Part shown: positions 1 through 9,037 of the stretch, one piece after another
How positions within the stretch are numbered: the stretch's first letter is position 1
How the letters are laid out: every line of letters starts with the position of its first letter
Source: Nitrospirota bacterium
GTDB taxonomy: Bacteria > Nitrospirota > UBA9217
DNA length: 64,000 bases
Assembly: GCA_963741205.1 (NCBI GenBank)
Contig: CAVUHW010000030.1
Coordinates: 64,001-128,000 of the forward strand
Direction: 5' to 3'
Notes under the pieces: generated by a model
Seen by the model: the letters and a program-made list of their open reading frames with translations, nothing else
What the model was told of the DNA's origin: nothing
Database searches by the model: none
Program-made: the position numbers and the translations under genes

Positions 1-130
1 GGAACGAACGGTTCCTGGCCGGAAGACGGCCCCTTTTGCCGCCGTCACCGGCCCCCTTCAGGAATATAAACATCTATCTTTTTTTGGTCATGTCCCTCCT
101 GTCGATCGACAGGGTCTTGCTCAGTTTGCC

Positions 131-523
131 ATGATTGATGAGCGCACTGCCAAAGCGCAGAAGCTGAAGCAGCTTCTGGTCGAGTCTTCTCCCCTCATGG
201 AAGAGTTCACGGCGATTGTCTGCCCGGATTGCGTTGACGTCTGCTGCAGGCAGAAGCACGGGCTGTACCGGGAAAGGGATATTCTTTATCTCGTGGCGCT
301 GGGAGAGGATGTACCGGAGCGGGATGCGGCAAGGCCGCTCGACGGCCCCTGTGAGTCCATGGGATCGTACGGCTGTGTCCTGCCGCGCTGGATGAGACCG
401 TTCAAGTGTACATGGTATTTCTGCGAGCCGCTCCTCGCGGCCCTCAATTCAAGCCCACCGAAAAAGCTCAGACAACTTTCCACCCTTCTGCAGGAAATGA
501 CCGACCTTTACGGCATGTTGTAA
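131..523 (+). CDS. Cys-cluster protein, YkgJ/zinc-iron chelating-like
   Basis: 130-aa ORF with CxxCxxxCC ... C-x6-C ... RPxxC-x4-C pattern typical of YkgJ-like (CxxCxxCC) proteins. Confidence 0.6.
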   Translation: MIDERTAKAQKLKQLLVESSPLMEEFTAIVCPDCVDVCCRQKHGLYRERDILYLVALGEDVPERDAARPLDGPCESMGSYGCVLPRWMRPFKCTWYFCEPLLAALNSSPPKKLRQLSTLLQEMTDLYGML

Positions 524-994
524 ACGTATTTCTTCCGACACTTGCGAGCCCCGACCCAAGGAAGATCCCTAAACACTTCTAGCATCAGGATTGTTCCATT
601 CATGCACGTTGCCTTTCACTGCAATGTGTCCATCACAGCCTATAAGTGCGCAATTATTACTTTGTTGAGTTCACTTTGGTCAACGCGACCTACCGACTTG
701 CACCAGTCAGAGCCGGTTGGGCCTGAGTCGAACGTTGGGTTAGGCCAGGATGAGTGGTCAGGATGTAATTCTCTTTTCTAAAAATTTTGAGCTATGGTTG
801 TCCCGTTGGGAGCCCACACGCGTAACAGACTTGGAGTCGCTGCATGCAGGTCTTTCCTCCTTTTGCCTATTCGCACAATAATCTCCTTCGGGATTTTACT
901 GTTTAATACAAAAGTAGACATGCGGACAGGTCTTGAAATATAAGAAACGGTCTTTTCAAGACTTGCCCCCACTTGTTCTCTCCTTCGACCGGGC

Positions 995-1615
995 CTACTT
1001 GTCCGGTTTCTCAGCCTTCGCTTCCCTGACGAACTTGTCTGCCATCATGGCCGCTGAATGCTTCAACATCGGCCTGATGTCATCACCTTTCGACGATCGG
1101 CTGCTGCCGGAGAGGAGCGAGTAACCGATCACCCGGCCCTTGGGGTATTCCACCACGTTGCCGTTTATGCTCACGTTGTAGGCGTCCGAGGTGTCGGTCG
1201 CCCGGGAGAACACGGTCCAGACCACGAAGAGATAGCGCACCTTGAGCTGCGCCTGCATGGCGTCCACTTTGGCCTTTTCTCCCTTGCCGAACCAGACCGG
1301 CTTGTCCGGATTCTCGGGCTTCCCTTCCTTGATGGTAACGGGATAATTCGCCAAGCGGAGGTCGATCTTTGCCTTGCTCCAGACCTTGAAGGTGCTCCGC
1401 TCCCTGAGCTCTTTGGTTAGCGCCGCCGCCAGCCGCATCGTCGCGTCGGAGCCGTCGGCGCTGATGACCGCGATCGTACCGCTTTTTATCAAGGTCGTTT
1501 CGTCGAAGAACTCGAAGGGCTTGTGGATCCCGCAGCCCGCGAGCGAACCAAACGCGGCCAGAAACAGTACAATGAGCCCAGCCTGGTTCATGTTTCTCAA
1601 TACATGTTTCATCAT
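995..1615 (-). CDS. hypothetical lipoprotein (CsgG/LpoB-like alpha/beta fold possible)
   Basis: AGGAGG RBS before ATG at 1615; signal peptide with LAGC lipobox; TIAVI..A..LA..L..EL pattern. Confidence 0.6.
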   Translation of the reverse strand: MMKHVLRNMNQAGLIVLFLAAFGSLAGCGIHKPFEFFDETTLIKSGTIAVISADGSDATMRLAAALTKELRERSTFKVWSKAKIDLRLANYPVTIKEGKPENPDKPVWFGKGEKAKVDAMQAQLKVRYLFVVWTVFSRATDTSDAYNVSINGNVVEYPKGRVIGYSLLSGSSRSSKGDDIRPMLKHSAAMMADKFVREAKAEKPDK

Positions 1616-1770
1616 TTGCCTCCTCCTGCGGGCCAGCGCCAGCGACACTGCCCACTATGGAATGATTCAGCCGATTTTCTTCACATCAAATCCTGATCCT
1701 CGTCATGAGCATAATTGTAACTGCGCGTTAGAGAAGCTGAGTTGAGTTCAACTCGAAACCAAACACCTGT

Positions 1771-2795
1771 CTATCCCTTTGCCCTTCCGGACAAATCTAT
1801 TTCGCCGGCAATGACCATGATGATTCCTCGGATAAACTCGGGGATGAGCGTCATTCCCTGCTTCGAGGACCAACTCAGGGCTTTCATTAGGTATTCGCGA
1901 TAAAATTTCCCGGGGAAATAGAACCGGACAGTGATGATGATCATGATGATCAGGAAAAAGGCGAGAAGGAGCGTTCTCTTGATCTGCGGAAAGACACCGC
2001 GTACCCATCCCTGCGAGCGGCGGCGGTTGTTCGCTGCCTTGAGCCTCTCGAGGAGCGGCTCCTTCTTGATGTCGTCCTGGCCTACTTTCCAGGCATCGAA
2101 TACGCCGAGGATCCAGAGGACCGGCATGGTCGGCAGGGAGAGCAGGGACAGCAAAAGCACCACTTCGACGATGAGGCGGGAATCGGAGTTCTCCAGGGAA
2201 GGCCAGACCTGAAGGATTCCCAGGACTGAAATAAGGGAGAAGACGCCGAACGCTGCACAGATCGCGAACAAAGCGCCTTTGACCGGCTGACCGTTCAGGA
2301 ACTGGCCCCAGCCGGGAACGAGCAGGGAACAGAACAGTGGGTAGACGCGGCTTTTTACACCGGTGAATGGTGTTCGTCTGGCTTTGATTGCGGTGTGGTA
2401 GGCATCGCTTGCATTGGAGACCCAGAAGATCAGGAAGAACGAAAAGCAGGAACGCGGCAGCAAGCACCGCCTGGGCCGGGGAGATGCTGAAAAAGAAGAG
2501 ATAGGACGGGAGTTCCTCCTGGAACATGAACAGAAGGATCGCAAGGGCATTACTGTACAACACGAGGCCTATATAGTTCAGCCCTTTGGTGCGCTGTCCG
2601 TTGTACAACTGTCCGGCACCCCAGAATAAGAGCGAGAGCGTATATGCCAGGGCGGGGTCTACTTCAGCGAGGTCATTCATCAGGAGGAGATACTTCTTCC
2701 GTAATCCGGGGGGAGGATCTGTCTTCCCTAATCCGTTGCTTCGCGCGGGGTTTCAGGTACTCATCAGGATCTTTTACAACCCAGACTTTATCCAT
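1771..2795 (-). CDS. integral membrane protein with duplicated 'SLL..G.GQ..NGQ' (DUF5683/TM2-like) hairpin; 2 frameshifts
   Basis: Joined from an ATG at 2795 (GGGGA RBS), ORF 1748..2680 N-part and ORF 1771..2550 C-part; motifs LSLLFWGAGQLYNGQ and CSLLVPGWGQFLNGQ. Confidence 0.6.
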
Positions 2796-3011
2796 GGTTC
2801 ATCCCCTGTCCGACCCCAACTAGACACGGTACAACTGCAACAACATTAGTCAGGTACAAATTAAATTCTTCCCAAAATGGAAATAAATTTTCACCACTAA
2901 GACGCAAGTCACAAAGAATGTCTTTCATTCATGTGATTTAAACAAACATTCAAGACTCAGTCATTTCTTCGTGTCTTCGTTCTGCATGATCCGGACTCAT
3001 AATCGCGTTCA

Positions 3012-3829
3012 TTAAGCATACTGCAAAGCATATAACGGTAAATCACCAACAATGAACTGCGGTTGTCCGCCATTTACGCCGAATGCAAGCCGGCTCGGCA
3101 GCTCATTGCAATGGATGTAATAACTCTGCGTTGGCGTTGCCTCGTTTTGAGCAAACATCACCCACCAGGCATCGTTACTGGATGGAGCCTCGCCTATGTT
3201 GGACAGCGCGCCGCCTTGCGGAACTTGTCCGCGTGGTCCATGCACGATATAGGGCTGAACGTGATCCTTCTCGGAAGGGGTACGGCTGCAAAGAACGGGG
3301 ACCACGTACCCGCACGCGGGCGAACCTCGATAGCAAACCGATGGCCTGCTGCAGCTCTGTCTCGATGTACTTGAATCGTGAACGGCTCAAGCTGAGGCTG
3401 CGCGAGAGACGGGGTTCGATCTTCGGCTGCAGCCTTAACCCGCTCCTTCCACTCCGGATCGGTAAGACTTACGTACAGACAAGTCCGATTTCCGGCAGGT
3501 ATTAAGCTGTTGTCAACGGGGCCGGGGAAAAGAGCAATGACAGGGAAATTGTTGCCTCGCCTGTTGAACGCGTGGTCGAGAGCGTATGAAAATTCCTCCT
3601 TACACGCTTTACTGCCAAGACTGTTCTGTGTGGCATAAATCAGCCAGGCATCTGACTCTGTCTCCTCTTGGATGAAACTTTCGATCTGTTCCCAAAGGCG
3701 CCTGCCTGCCCGTATATTCCAACGATCAAGTTTTACTTGAACGCCGACTCGAACTAATTCTTGCGCGACGAAATCCACATCACATTGCGTGTTGTCGTCC
3801 CAGGCATATGTAAGCCAGATAGTTGACAT
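3012..3829 (-). CDS. TIR (TIR_2) domain protein with uncharacterised C-terminal domain; frameshift near 3275
   Basis: IWLTYAWDD...AQEL...VKLDRWNIRAG..LWEQIE....S..SKACKEEF TIR signature; reading continues in the 3012..3305 frame (KDHVQPYIVHGP...). Confidence 0.8.
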
Positions 3830-3842
3830 AGTTTCATTAGAT

Positions 3843-3882
3843 AAAAGAAGCGGGTGCCGAGGTCATGGCAACCCTCGGCACC
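3843..3882 (-). terminator. intrinsic terminator after pal
   Basis: 10-bp stem GGTGCCGAGG/CCTCGGCACC (3853-3882) followed on the minus strand by CGCTTCTTTT. Confidence 0.6.
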
Positions 3883-3899
3883 TTCAATACTCCGGACAT

Positions 3900-4451
3900 T
3901 TAGTCGGACACAACGGTAAAGTCATCTCTTCTGTTCTTCTGCCAGCAGCTTTCGGTACTCTCGGTACAACTCGACTTTTCCTTTCCGTAGCTGATAAGCA
4001 AAATACGCTGTCCGGAAATGCCCATATCGGTAAGATATCTTTTCGCGTTTGCCGCGCGACGCTGGCCGAGGGTCTGGTTATACTCAATAGTCCCCCGTTC
4101 ATCGCAATTACCCTCGATCCTAACCTTTATTTGCGGGTGAGCCTTGAGCCATTCCGCATTCGCCTTCATGATCTCACCGGCTGCAGCCTCGATAAAAGCC
4201 TGGTTAAAATCAAAATAGACAGGCCGAAGGCCGGCATGAGCGGAGGCTGCCCGCTCCTTGGCTTCTTCAGGCTTTGCTGCTTCCGACTTCTGCTCGGGTT
4301 GAGCCGTCGCTGTTGCAGCGGGCGTCTCTTCCCGTGGTGTTTCAGGTACAGCCGAAATCTCGGCCTTTTTTGGACACCCCCAGAGAGCCAGCATTCCAAT
4401 ACATAATACAAACGTCAAATACCACGCCTTCTTCCTGTTTATCCCGTTCAT
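3900..4451 (-). CDS. pal: peptidoglycan-associated lipoprotein Pal
   Basis: AGGAGG RBS; LWGC lipobox; VYFDFN, IEGNCDERGTIEYN..LGQRRA, ISYGKE, KNRR OmpA-C motifs. Confidence 0.9.
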   Translation of the reverse strand: MNGINRKKAWYLTFVLCIGMLALWGCPKKAEISAVPETPREETPAATATAQPEQKSEAAKPEEAKERAASAHAGLRPVYFDFNQAFIEAAAGEIMKANAEWLKAHPQIKVRIEGNCDERGTIEYNQTLGQRRAANAKRYLTDMGISGQRILLISYGKEKSSCTESTESCWQKNRRDDFTVVSD

Positions 4452-4504
4452 GTCGAATCCTCCTATGATTTTCGATGCATGCAATGCATCTTATTACTGC
4501 TTTT

Positions 4505-4788
4505 AATAATGTCGTCCCTCACGGCGTCGGACTACCCCCAGGCGATCCAGTCCCATCCCCAGCATTTGCGAGAAAGGGAGTTGTCTTTGCTGATTACGGT
4601 CTACGGATTGTCAACTCACCCTTATCCGGCATGGTATGAAGTACGTTCCGCATCTTGCGGTTCACGCTGCGGACTCGGTTCAAATGGAGCCAGCGTTCGA
4701 TCGTAATGGCCATCCCGACCACAAACACGAGGAGGATCGGGTACATGAACAACTCGCCGTCAAGATAATAGTCGGTCATCGTTTTCAA
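4505..4788 (-). pseudogene. decayed N-terminal copy of the ExbB/AglR-like gene
   Basis: GELFMYPILLVFVVGMAITIERW...KGE and, after a stop/frame change, QMLGMGLDRLGVVRRRE align with the N-terminus of 7277..7975; the C-terminal TM channel half is absent. Confidence 0.75.
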
Positions 4789-4884
4789 CCTCCTGAATAT
4801 TTGTTGTATGAATGCTTCGTAATACCTGCAAAAAGGTCCTTTTATCTTTTTCTGGAACCCGACTTCAGCCTTCAGCCTCAGGCA

Positions 4885-6249
4885 CTAGCCTCCGGGCAGG
4901 AAATCAATCGGGTACAGAATCGTGGTCTTGGAAACTTTCTCCTTCGGTCCGAAGTTGAACTTCTTGACACGCTCCACAATCTGGGCCACAAGCTCCGGCG
5001 AGGCCAGATCGCTCGAATTCACCGTACATGCGGAGACTTCGCCACCCGGCTCGATGGATATGCACAGGAGGATCTTGCCGCGCAGGGTCGGGTTCTTGCG
5101 CAGTTCGGCATTGTACATCCGATAGAGCGTCGCCTTGTATTTATCGAAGACGATCTGTATCTCTTCGTCGGTTCGTGACGGCCCGGGTCCGGAACTGAGC
5201 GGCCTCGCCCCTTCAGCCAGCCCCGCAACCGAACTTTCCACCCTGGTAAAGCCCACACCGCCGATACCATTGCCATTGCCGCGGCCGATATTGCGGCTGA
5301 CTGCCGCATTGCTGATACCGCCGCTGGAGCCACCGCCCGTTGACGGCATAGCGACTAATGACCTGCTGGCCCGGGCCTGACCTGCCGACACAGCCGACTG
5401 GTTGCTCAGACGTGCCTCAGCGCCGAGCCGCGCAGCGGGAGTTTCTTCCATCAAATCTTTAAAAGAATCTTTGAAGGCCAGGACCCCCGTGCTCTCCGCT
5501 TTGACGCGCGCAGCCTGTGTTTCTGTAGTGGTTGGCTTGGGTTGCTCCTCCTTCGCTTTCTCCGGCGTCTTTTCCTGATCTTTTTCGGGCTTCTTTTCTT
5601 CTTTGTGGCGTTTAGGCACCGGCTCGGGCTTGGGCCGTTCCTTTCTCAGCATGGAGACCAGGCGTTCCGGAACCACAGCCACGGCCGGGCGGACCGGCGG
5701 CGGCAGTTTCCAAATGAGAACCACACTGCTAAAACAGAAACACCATAATAAAGCGACAAGCAACGCCTTGCGGAAGCGTTTTTCGTTCTCAGCATCCCTG
5801 CTCCAAGGCATGATTACGACACGATAAGGAACGGGCGAAATCTCCCGCTCTATGACGTACTCTTCCTGTCGCCGTTCTTCACGGGCGTAGGCATCACGTA
5901 CTTCTTCGTCGAGGATGTTCAACTCATCGTTACACCGGTTGATCTGCCCCTGGAGAGATGATTGTTTTCCCAGAATCCCGCTGATCTCCCCCTCAAAACG
6001 GGCGAGCCGGCTCCTCGCCCGTTCCAGGTGCCCGGCGACGCTTTGAGCCTCCGCAACTCCTTCCCAAAAGAGTTCATCCGCTTTCAGTTCCCCCAGCTTT
6101 TCGAGCGAATTGCAGGCGTCCCGCAAGGCATCGAACCGCTGTCTATCGGCGGAGAACGTTTCCAGCTCTGCATCTACAGCGCGCAACTCACCTGCCAGCA
6201 CCTGCTGTTTTTGCTGGATTTGCTCGATCTGTGCGTTCAGTTGCGCCAA
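4885..6249 (-). CDS. GltG/AgmX/PglI-like energy transducer: coiled coil - TM - Pro/Lys/Glu linker - Gly-rich - TonB-C-like domain
   Basis: C-terminal RTDEEIQIVFDKYKATLYRMYNAELRKNPTLRGK...I.P.G.V......SS.L..P.L...I...VK.FNFG...YPIDFLP is the AgmX/PglI C-terminal signature; true start probably ~6278. Confidence 0.85.
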   Translation of the reverse strand: MAQLNAQIEQIQQKQQVLAGELRAVDAELETFSADRQRFDALRDACNSLEKLGELKADELFWEGVAEAQSVAGHLERARSRLARFEGEISGILGKQSSLQGQINRCNDELNILDEEVRDAYAREERRQEEYVIEREISPVPYRVVIMPWSRDAENEKRFRKALLVALLWCFCFSSVVLIWKLPPPVRPAVAVVPERLVSMLRKERPKPEPVPKRHKEEKKPEKDQEKTPEKAKEEQPKPTTTETQAARVKAESTGVLAFKDSFKDLMEETPAARLGAEARLSNQSAVSAGQARASRSLVAMPSTGGGSSGGISNAAVSRNIGRGNGNGIGGVGFTRVESSVAGLAEGARPLSSGPGPSRTDEEIQIVFDKYKATLYRMYNAELRKNPTLRGKILLCISIEPGGEVSACTVNSSDLASPELVAQIVERVKKFNFGPKEKVSKTTILYPIDFLPGG

Positions 6250-6287
6250 TTCCTCTGCTAATATGGTTAGTATTCACGGCAACCCCA

Positions 6288-6793
6288 CTATTTATTCGTT
6301 TCCTTCTGCATGACGGCGAGGGAAATCTTTCCGTATCCAGAGGCCGTGCAGGTCGACATTATTTTTTTAAGCACTTTGAACGGAATTGTCTTATCAGCAA
6401 GCAGACGTGATTTCCTTGCCTTCGGCAGCCATCTTGAGTGCTTGCCTCGTATAATGCTACCAAGCTGTTCCAGTCGCTCTCGTTATTTCATAAACTATCC
6501 CGATGCTGTCATCGTAAAGTTTAGGGGTGTTCGATCACGGCTTCGCCCTGAACCATTACTAATTCGGGGGTGACCACGATCGCCACTGTTTCCCTTGGCT
6601 TGGTCTCCACAACGGAAGCGGGCAGCGCGATCTGCGCATCCGGCAAGGTGCTGTTGAATGAGTGAAAAAGCAGGAAGAACACCAGAACGCAAAGAACATC
6701 CATCATCGGTATCAGGTTTATACCCAGACCTTTGACCACTCCGCTTTTCTTGTTGTTTCGCTCCATCCGTTTCATACGTCTGGTATCTTTCAT
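6288..6793 (-). CDS. ExbD/TolR family subunit 2 (AglS/AglQ-like); frameshifted
   Basis: INLIPMMDVLCVLVFFLL TM with conserved Asp; C-terminus ADKTIPFKVLKKIMSTCTASGYGKISLAV read in another frame, stop at 6288. Confidence 0.85.
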
Positions 6794-7296
6794 GGCGCGT
6801 CTCCTATGGATACCTTTGGAAAGAGAACTATCTTACTGACCTCTGTGCTCCCTTCCGCCCGCACATCGGCTTCACGAACCGCATCCATGACCTGAATCAG
6901 ATAGTCGTATTCGATCTTCGGCTCCAGCAGAATTGTCGCATCTTCCTTCTGCGGATATTGGGCCTTCAGGCGAACGAGCATTTTGGACAGCAGCTCAAGA
7001 TCGTATTTATCATCTTTTTTCGGAATCGCGGCCTCCACGCGTGACCCGTTGGCAATTTCCAGCCCTGCCTTGCGGACAATCACCTCGATGGCGAAATTCG
7101 GCTGGCCGCAGCCGCTCCGCCGGCGCTGGTCGGGACACTCAATTCCATGGATCGTAATGCTCATAAAGACGGCGGTGATGAGCAGAAAGACCACCAGAAC
7201 GGTAAGAATATCCATCATCGGTGTCAGGTTCAAGAGGTGCATGATATCCGTATCGAACTCTTCTTTTTCCCTTCTTTTACGAAATCGTCTCGACAT
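6790..7296 (-). CDS. ExbD/TolR family subunit 1 (AglQ/AglS-like)
   Basis: LNLTPMMDILTVLVVFLL; ..LK..YP....ATILLEP.I.YD.LIQVMDAVR...LFP.VSIG. Confidence 0.88.
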   Translation of the reverse strand: MSRRFRKRREKEEFDTDIMHLLNLTPMMDILTVLVVFLLITAVFMSITIHGIECPDQRRRSGCGQPNFAIEVIVRKAGLEIANGSRVEAAIPKKDDKYDLELLSKMLVRLKAQYPQKEDATILLEPKIEYDYLIQVMDAVREADVRAEGSTEVSKIVLFPKVSIGDAP

Positions 7297-7975
7297 GATC
7301 AGCTCCTGTCAAATTGACGCTTGCTAAAATTGGAGAACTGTCAAATTGGCGCTTGCTGGAACTGGAGATAATATTGAGCGCCTTTACCGATACCATCTCC
7401 AGGCTGTTCACAATCTGACCCGTGGCTGTTGTCAGGCGGGCATGGAATAGGAGAAGCGGGATCGCGGACATCAGACCGAAGGCTGTGCAGTTCATGGCCT
7501 CCGAAATGCTGGCCGCGAGCAGGGCGGCCTTCTCGGCGGGGCTCGCAGTGGCAACGGCGCCGAAGGCCGAGATAAGTCCCATGATGGTGCCGAGCAGTCC
7601 AAACAGGGTGGCGATATTTGAGAGCAGCGCCAGGTACGGCGTGCGCTTTTCCAATTGAGGAATTATCTCCATCATGCTCTCTTCCATGGCGATTTCTATG
7701 TCTTCCCGTCGCCTGACCGCCCCCTGGCGCGCCAGCCCCATCCCCAGCATTTGCGCCAGACTGGATTTGTCCTCGTTGGCTATTTCCCGGGCTTTATCGA
7801 ACTCTCCCTTTTCCAGCACCGGGGACATCGAATCCCACAGGTTTTGGTTTGCGACCCTGATGCGTTTCAATTGAACCCAGCGTTCAAACGCGATGGCCAG
7901 ACCGACCGACAACGTCAGTAGAATCGGAAACATGAAGAACCCACCCCCCTGGAAAAACCTTACTAGTGTATGCAT
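7277..7975 (-). CDS. MotA/TolQ/ExbB proton channel (AglR-like)
   Basis: AGGAGG RBS before MHTLV; GG.FMFPI..IAFER, NIATLFGLLGTIMGLI.AF, ISEAMNCTAFGL. Confidence 0.92.
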   Translation of the reverse strand: MHTLVRFFQGGGFFMFPILLTLSVGLAIAFERWVQLKRIRVANQNLWDSMSPVLEKGEFDKAREIANEDKSSLAQMLGMGLARQGAVRRREDIEIAMEESMMEIIPQLEKRTPYLALLSNIATLFGLLGTIMGLISAFGAVATASPAEKAALLAASISEAMNCTAFGLMSAIPLLLFHARLTTATGQIVNSLEMVSVKALNIISSSSKRQFDSSPILASVNLTGADHVETIS

Positions 7976-8012
7976 CTTTTTTCCTCCTTTTTTCGCTAAC
8001 GAGATAACAAAG

Positions 8013-8303
8013 TTATTTCTTGGTACTGACCTCGAAAAAATCCAATTGCCGCTTAAAAACATCCCGATCCACTGGCACGGCACTATCGGTTAACAGCATG
8101 CTCAAATTTGTCTCCACGCCGATTTCAGAGCGTTTCCAGGGTACGATATACAGGGCTTTCGGGGCTTCATCGTTACCGATGATCGACATGCCCGAAAGTT
8201 CTTTGGCCGCCGGTTCTTTGGCCGCCGGTCCATTGTCCTCGGCCATGGCCGTGCTGAGCAATGCCAGAAGCAGACACAGCCAAAGCAATAGATTCCGATA
8301 CAT
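8013..8303 (-). CDS. small secreted protein, GltF/CglF-like
   Basis: Signal peptide; GMSIIGNDEAPKALYIVPWK...PVDRDVFKRQ; sits between the TPR genes and the ExbB gene, as gltF does in Agl-Glt core clusters. Confidence 0.65.
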   Translation of the reverse strand: MYRNLLLWLCLLLALLSTAMAEDNGPAAKEPAAKELSGMSIIGNDEAPKALYIVPWKRSEIGVETNLSMLLTDSAVPVDRDVFKRQLDFFEVSTKK

Positions 8304-8322
8304 ATTCCCTCCTTCCTTTCAC

Positions 8323-9030
8323 CTAATGTTTGAGCCGTATGTGCAGCTCGGCAATCCATATTTTGGCCTGCGCGTCCCGGGGCATCCCCTCGCTGTAAAT
8401 CTCGAATTGTTTGAGAGCGCATTCCGGGTCGTTGAGATACAGATCACAGAGAATCCCGAGATTTCTATGGACGGGAAGATAGTCCGGGAAACTCGCGAGC
8501 GACTTCTCATAGATCTCCCGGGCTTCTTTAAAGCGGCCGCCCTTGCGAAGCAGCAACCCGTATTCATTACTGGCCACGGGGTGATTGGGAACCAGTTCCA
8601 GAGCGGTTTTGAGGTTCTGCTCGGCCGGCTCCAACTTTCCGGTCCGCATGTAGGCCACTGCAATGTTGATATATGGCGCAGTGACGCCAGGTGACCGCTC
8701 GATCACCTTTGTCAGAAGTTCGATGGCCTTGTCATTTTTCCCGTCGTTCATCATGGCGACGGCGCGCTCGAATTCGCCGCGCGACTCAGCATCCATACCC
8801 GGGTTTTCCCGGATGACGAACCCTTGCCGGCCATCTTCGAGCCGCGCCACGGATGGCCCCTGATCTATAATGGGAACGGGCTGCTGCGTGACTTTGGCGC
8901 TGGTTGCACACCCGGAAACTACCGCGAGTACCATCACCAGCGCCGCCCACCCGGCCCGCCATCGCACTTTCGACCACCAGAACAGCTCTGCATTCTTGAT
9001 CTGCATAGCCCAGCTCCCTATTTCGTTCAC
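8323..9030 (-). CDS. TPR lipoprotein (GltE-like)
   Basis: VSGC lipobox; tandem TPRs; NLGILCDLYLND...AL..F..Y C-terminal motif. Confidence 0.8.
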   Translation of the reverse strand: MNEIGSWAMQIKNAELFWWSKVRWRAGWAALVMVLAVVSGCATSAKVTQQPVPIIDQGPSVARLEDGRQGFVIRENPGMDAESRGEFERAVAMMNDGKNDKAIELLTKVIERSPGVTAPYINIAVAYMRTGKLEPAEQNLKTALELVPNHPVASNEYGLLLRKGGRFKEAREIYEKSLASFPDYLPVHRNLGILCDLYLNDPECALKQFEIYSEGMPRDAQAKIWIAELHIRLKH

Positions 9031-9037
9031 CTGAACC

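Noticed and set aside
792-845. 17-aa minus-strand mini-ORF MQRLQVCYACGLPTGQP with AGGAGG RBS and CxxC
   Set aside because: Too short to support without homology or Ribo-seq; may be a remnant
3900-7975. Canonical tol-pal operon
   Set aside because: No TolB, YbgC or CpoB; two ExbD-like genes and an AgmX/PglI-type transducer with TPR partners point to the Agl-Glt core
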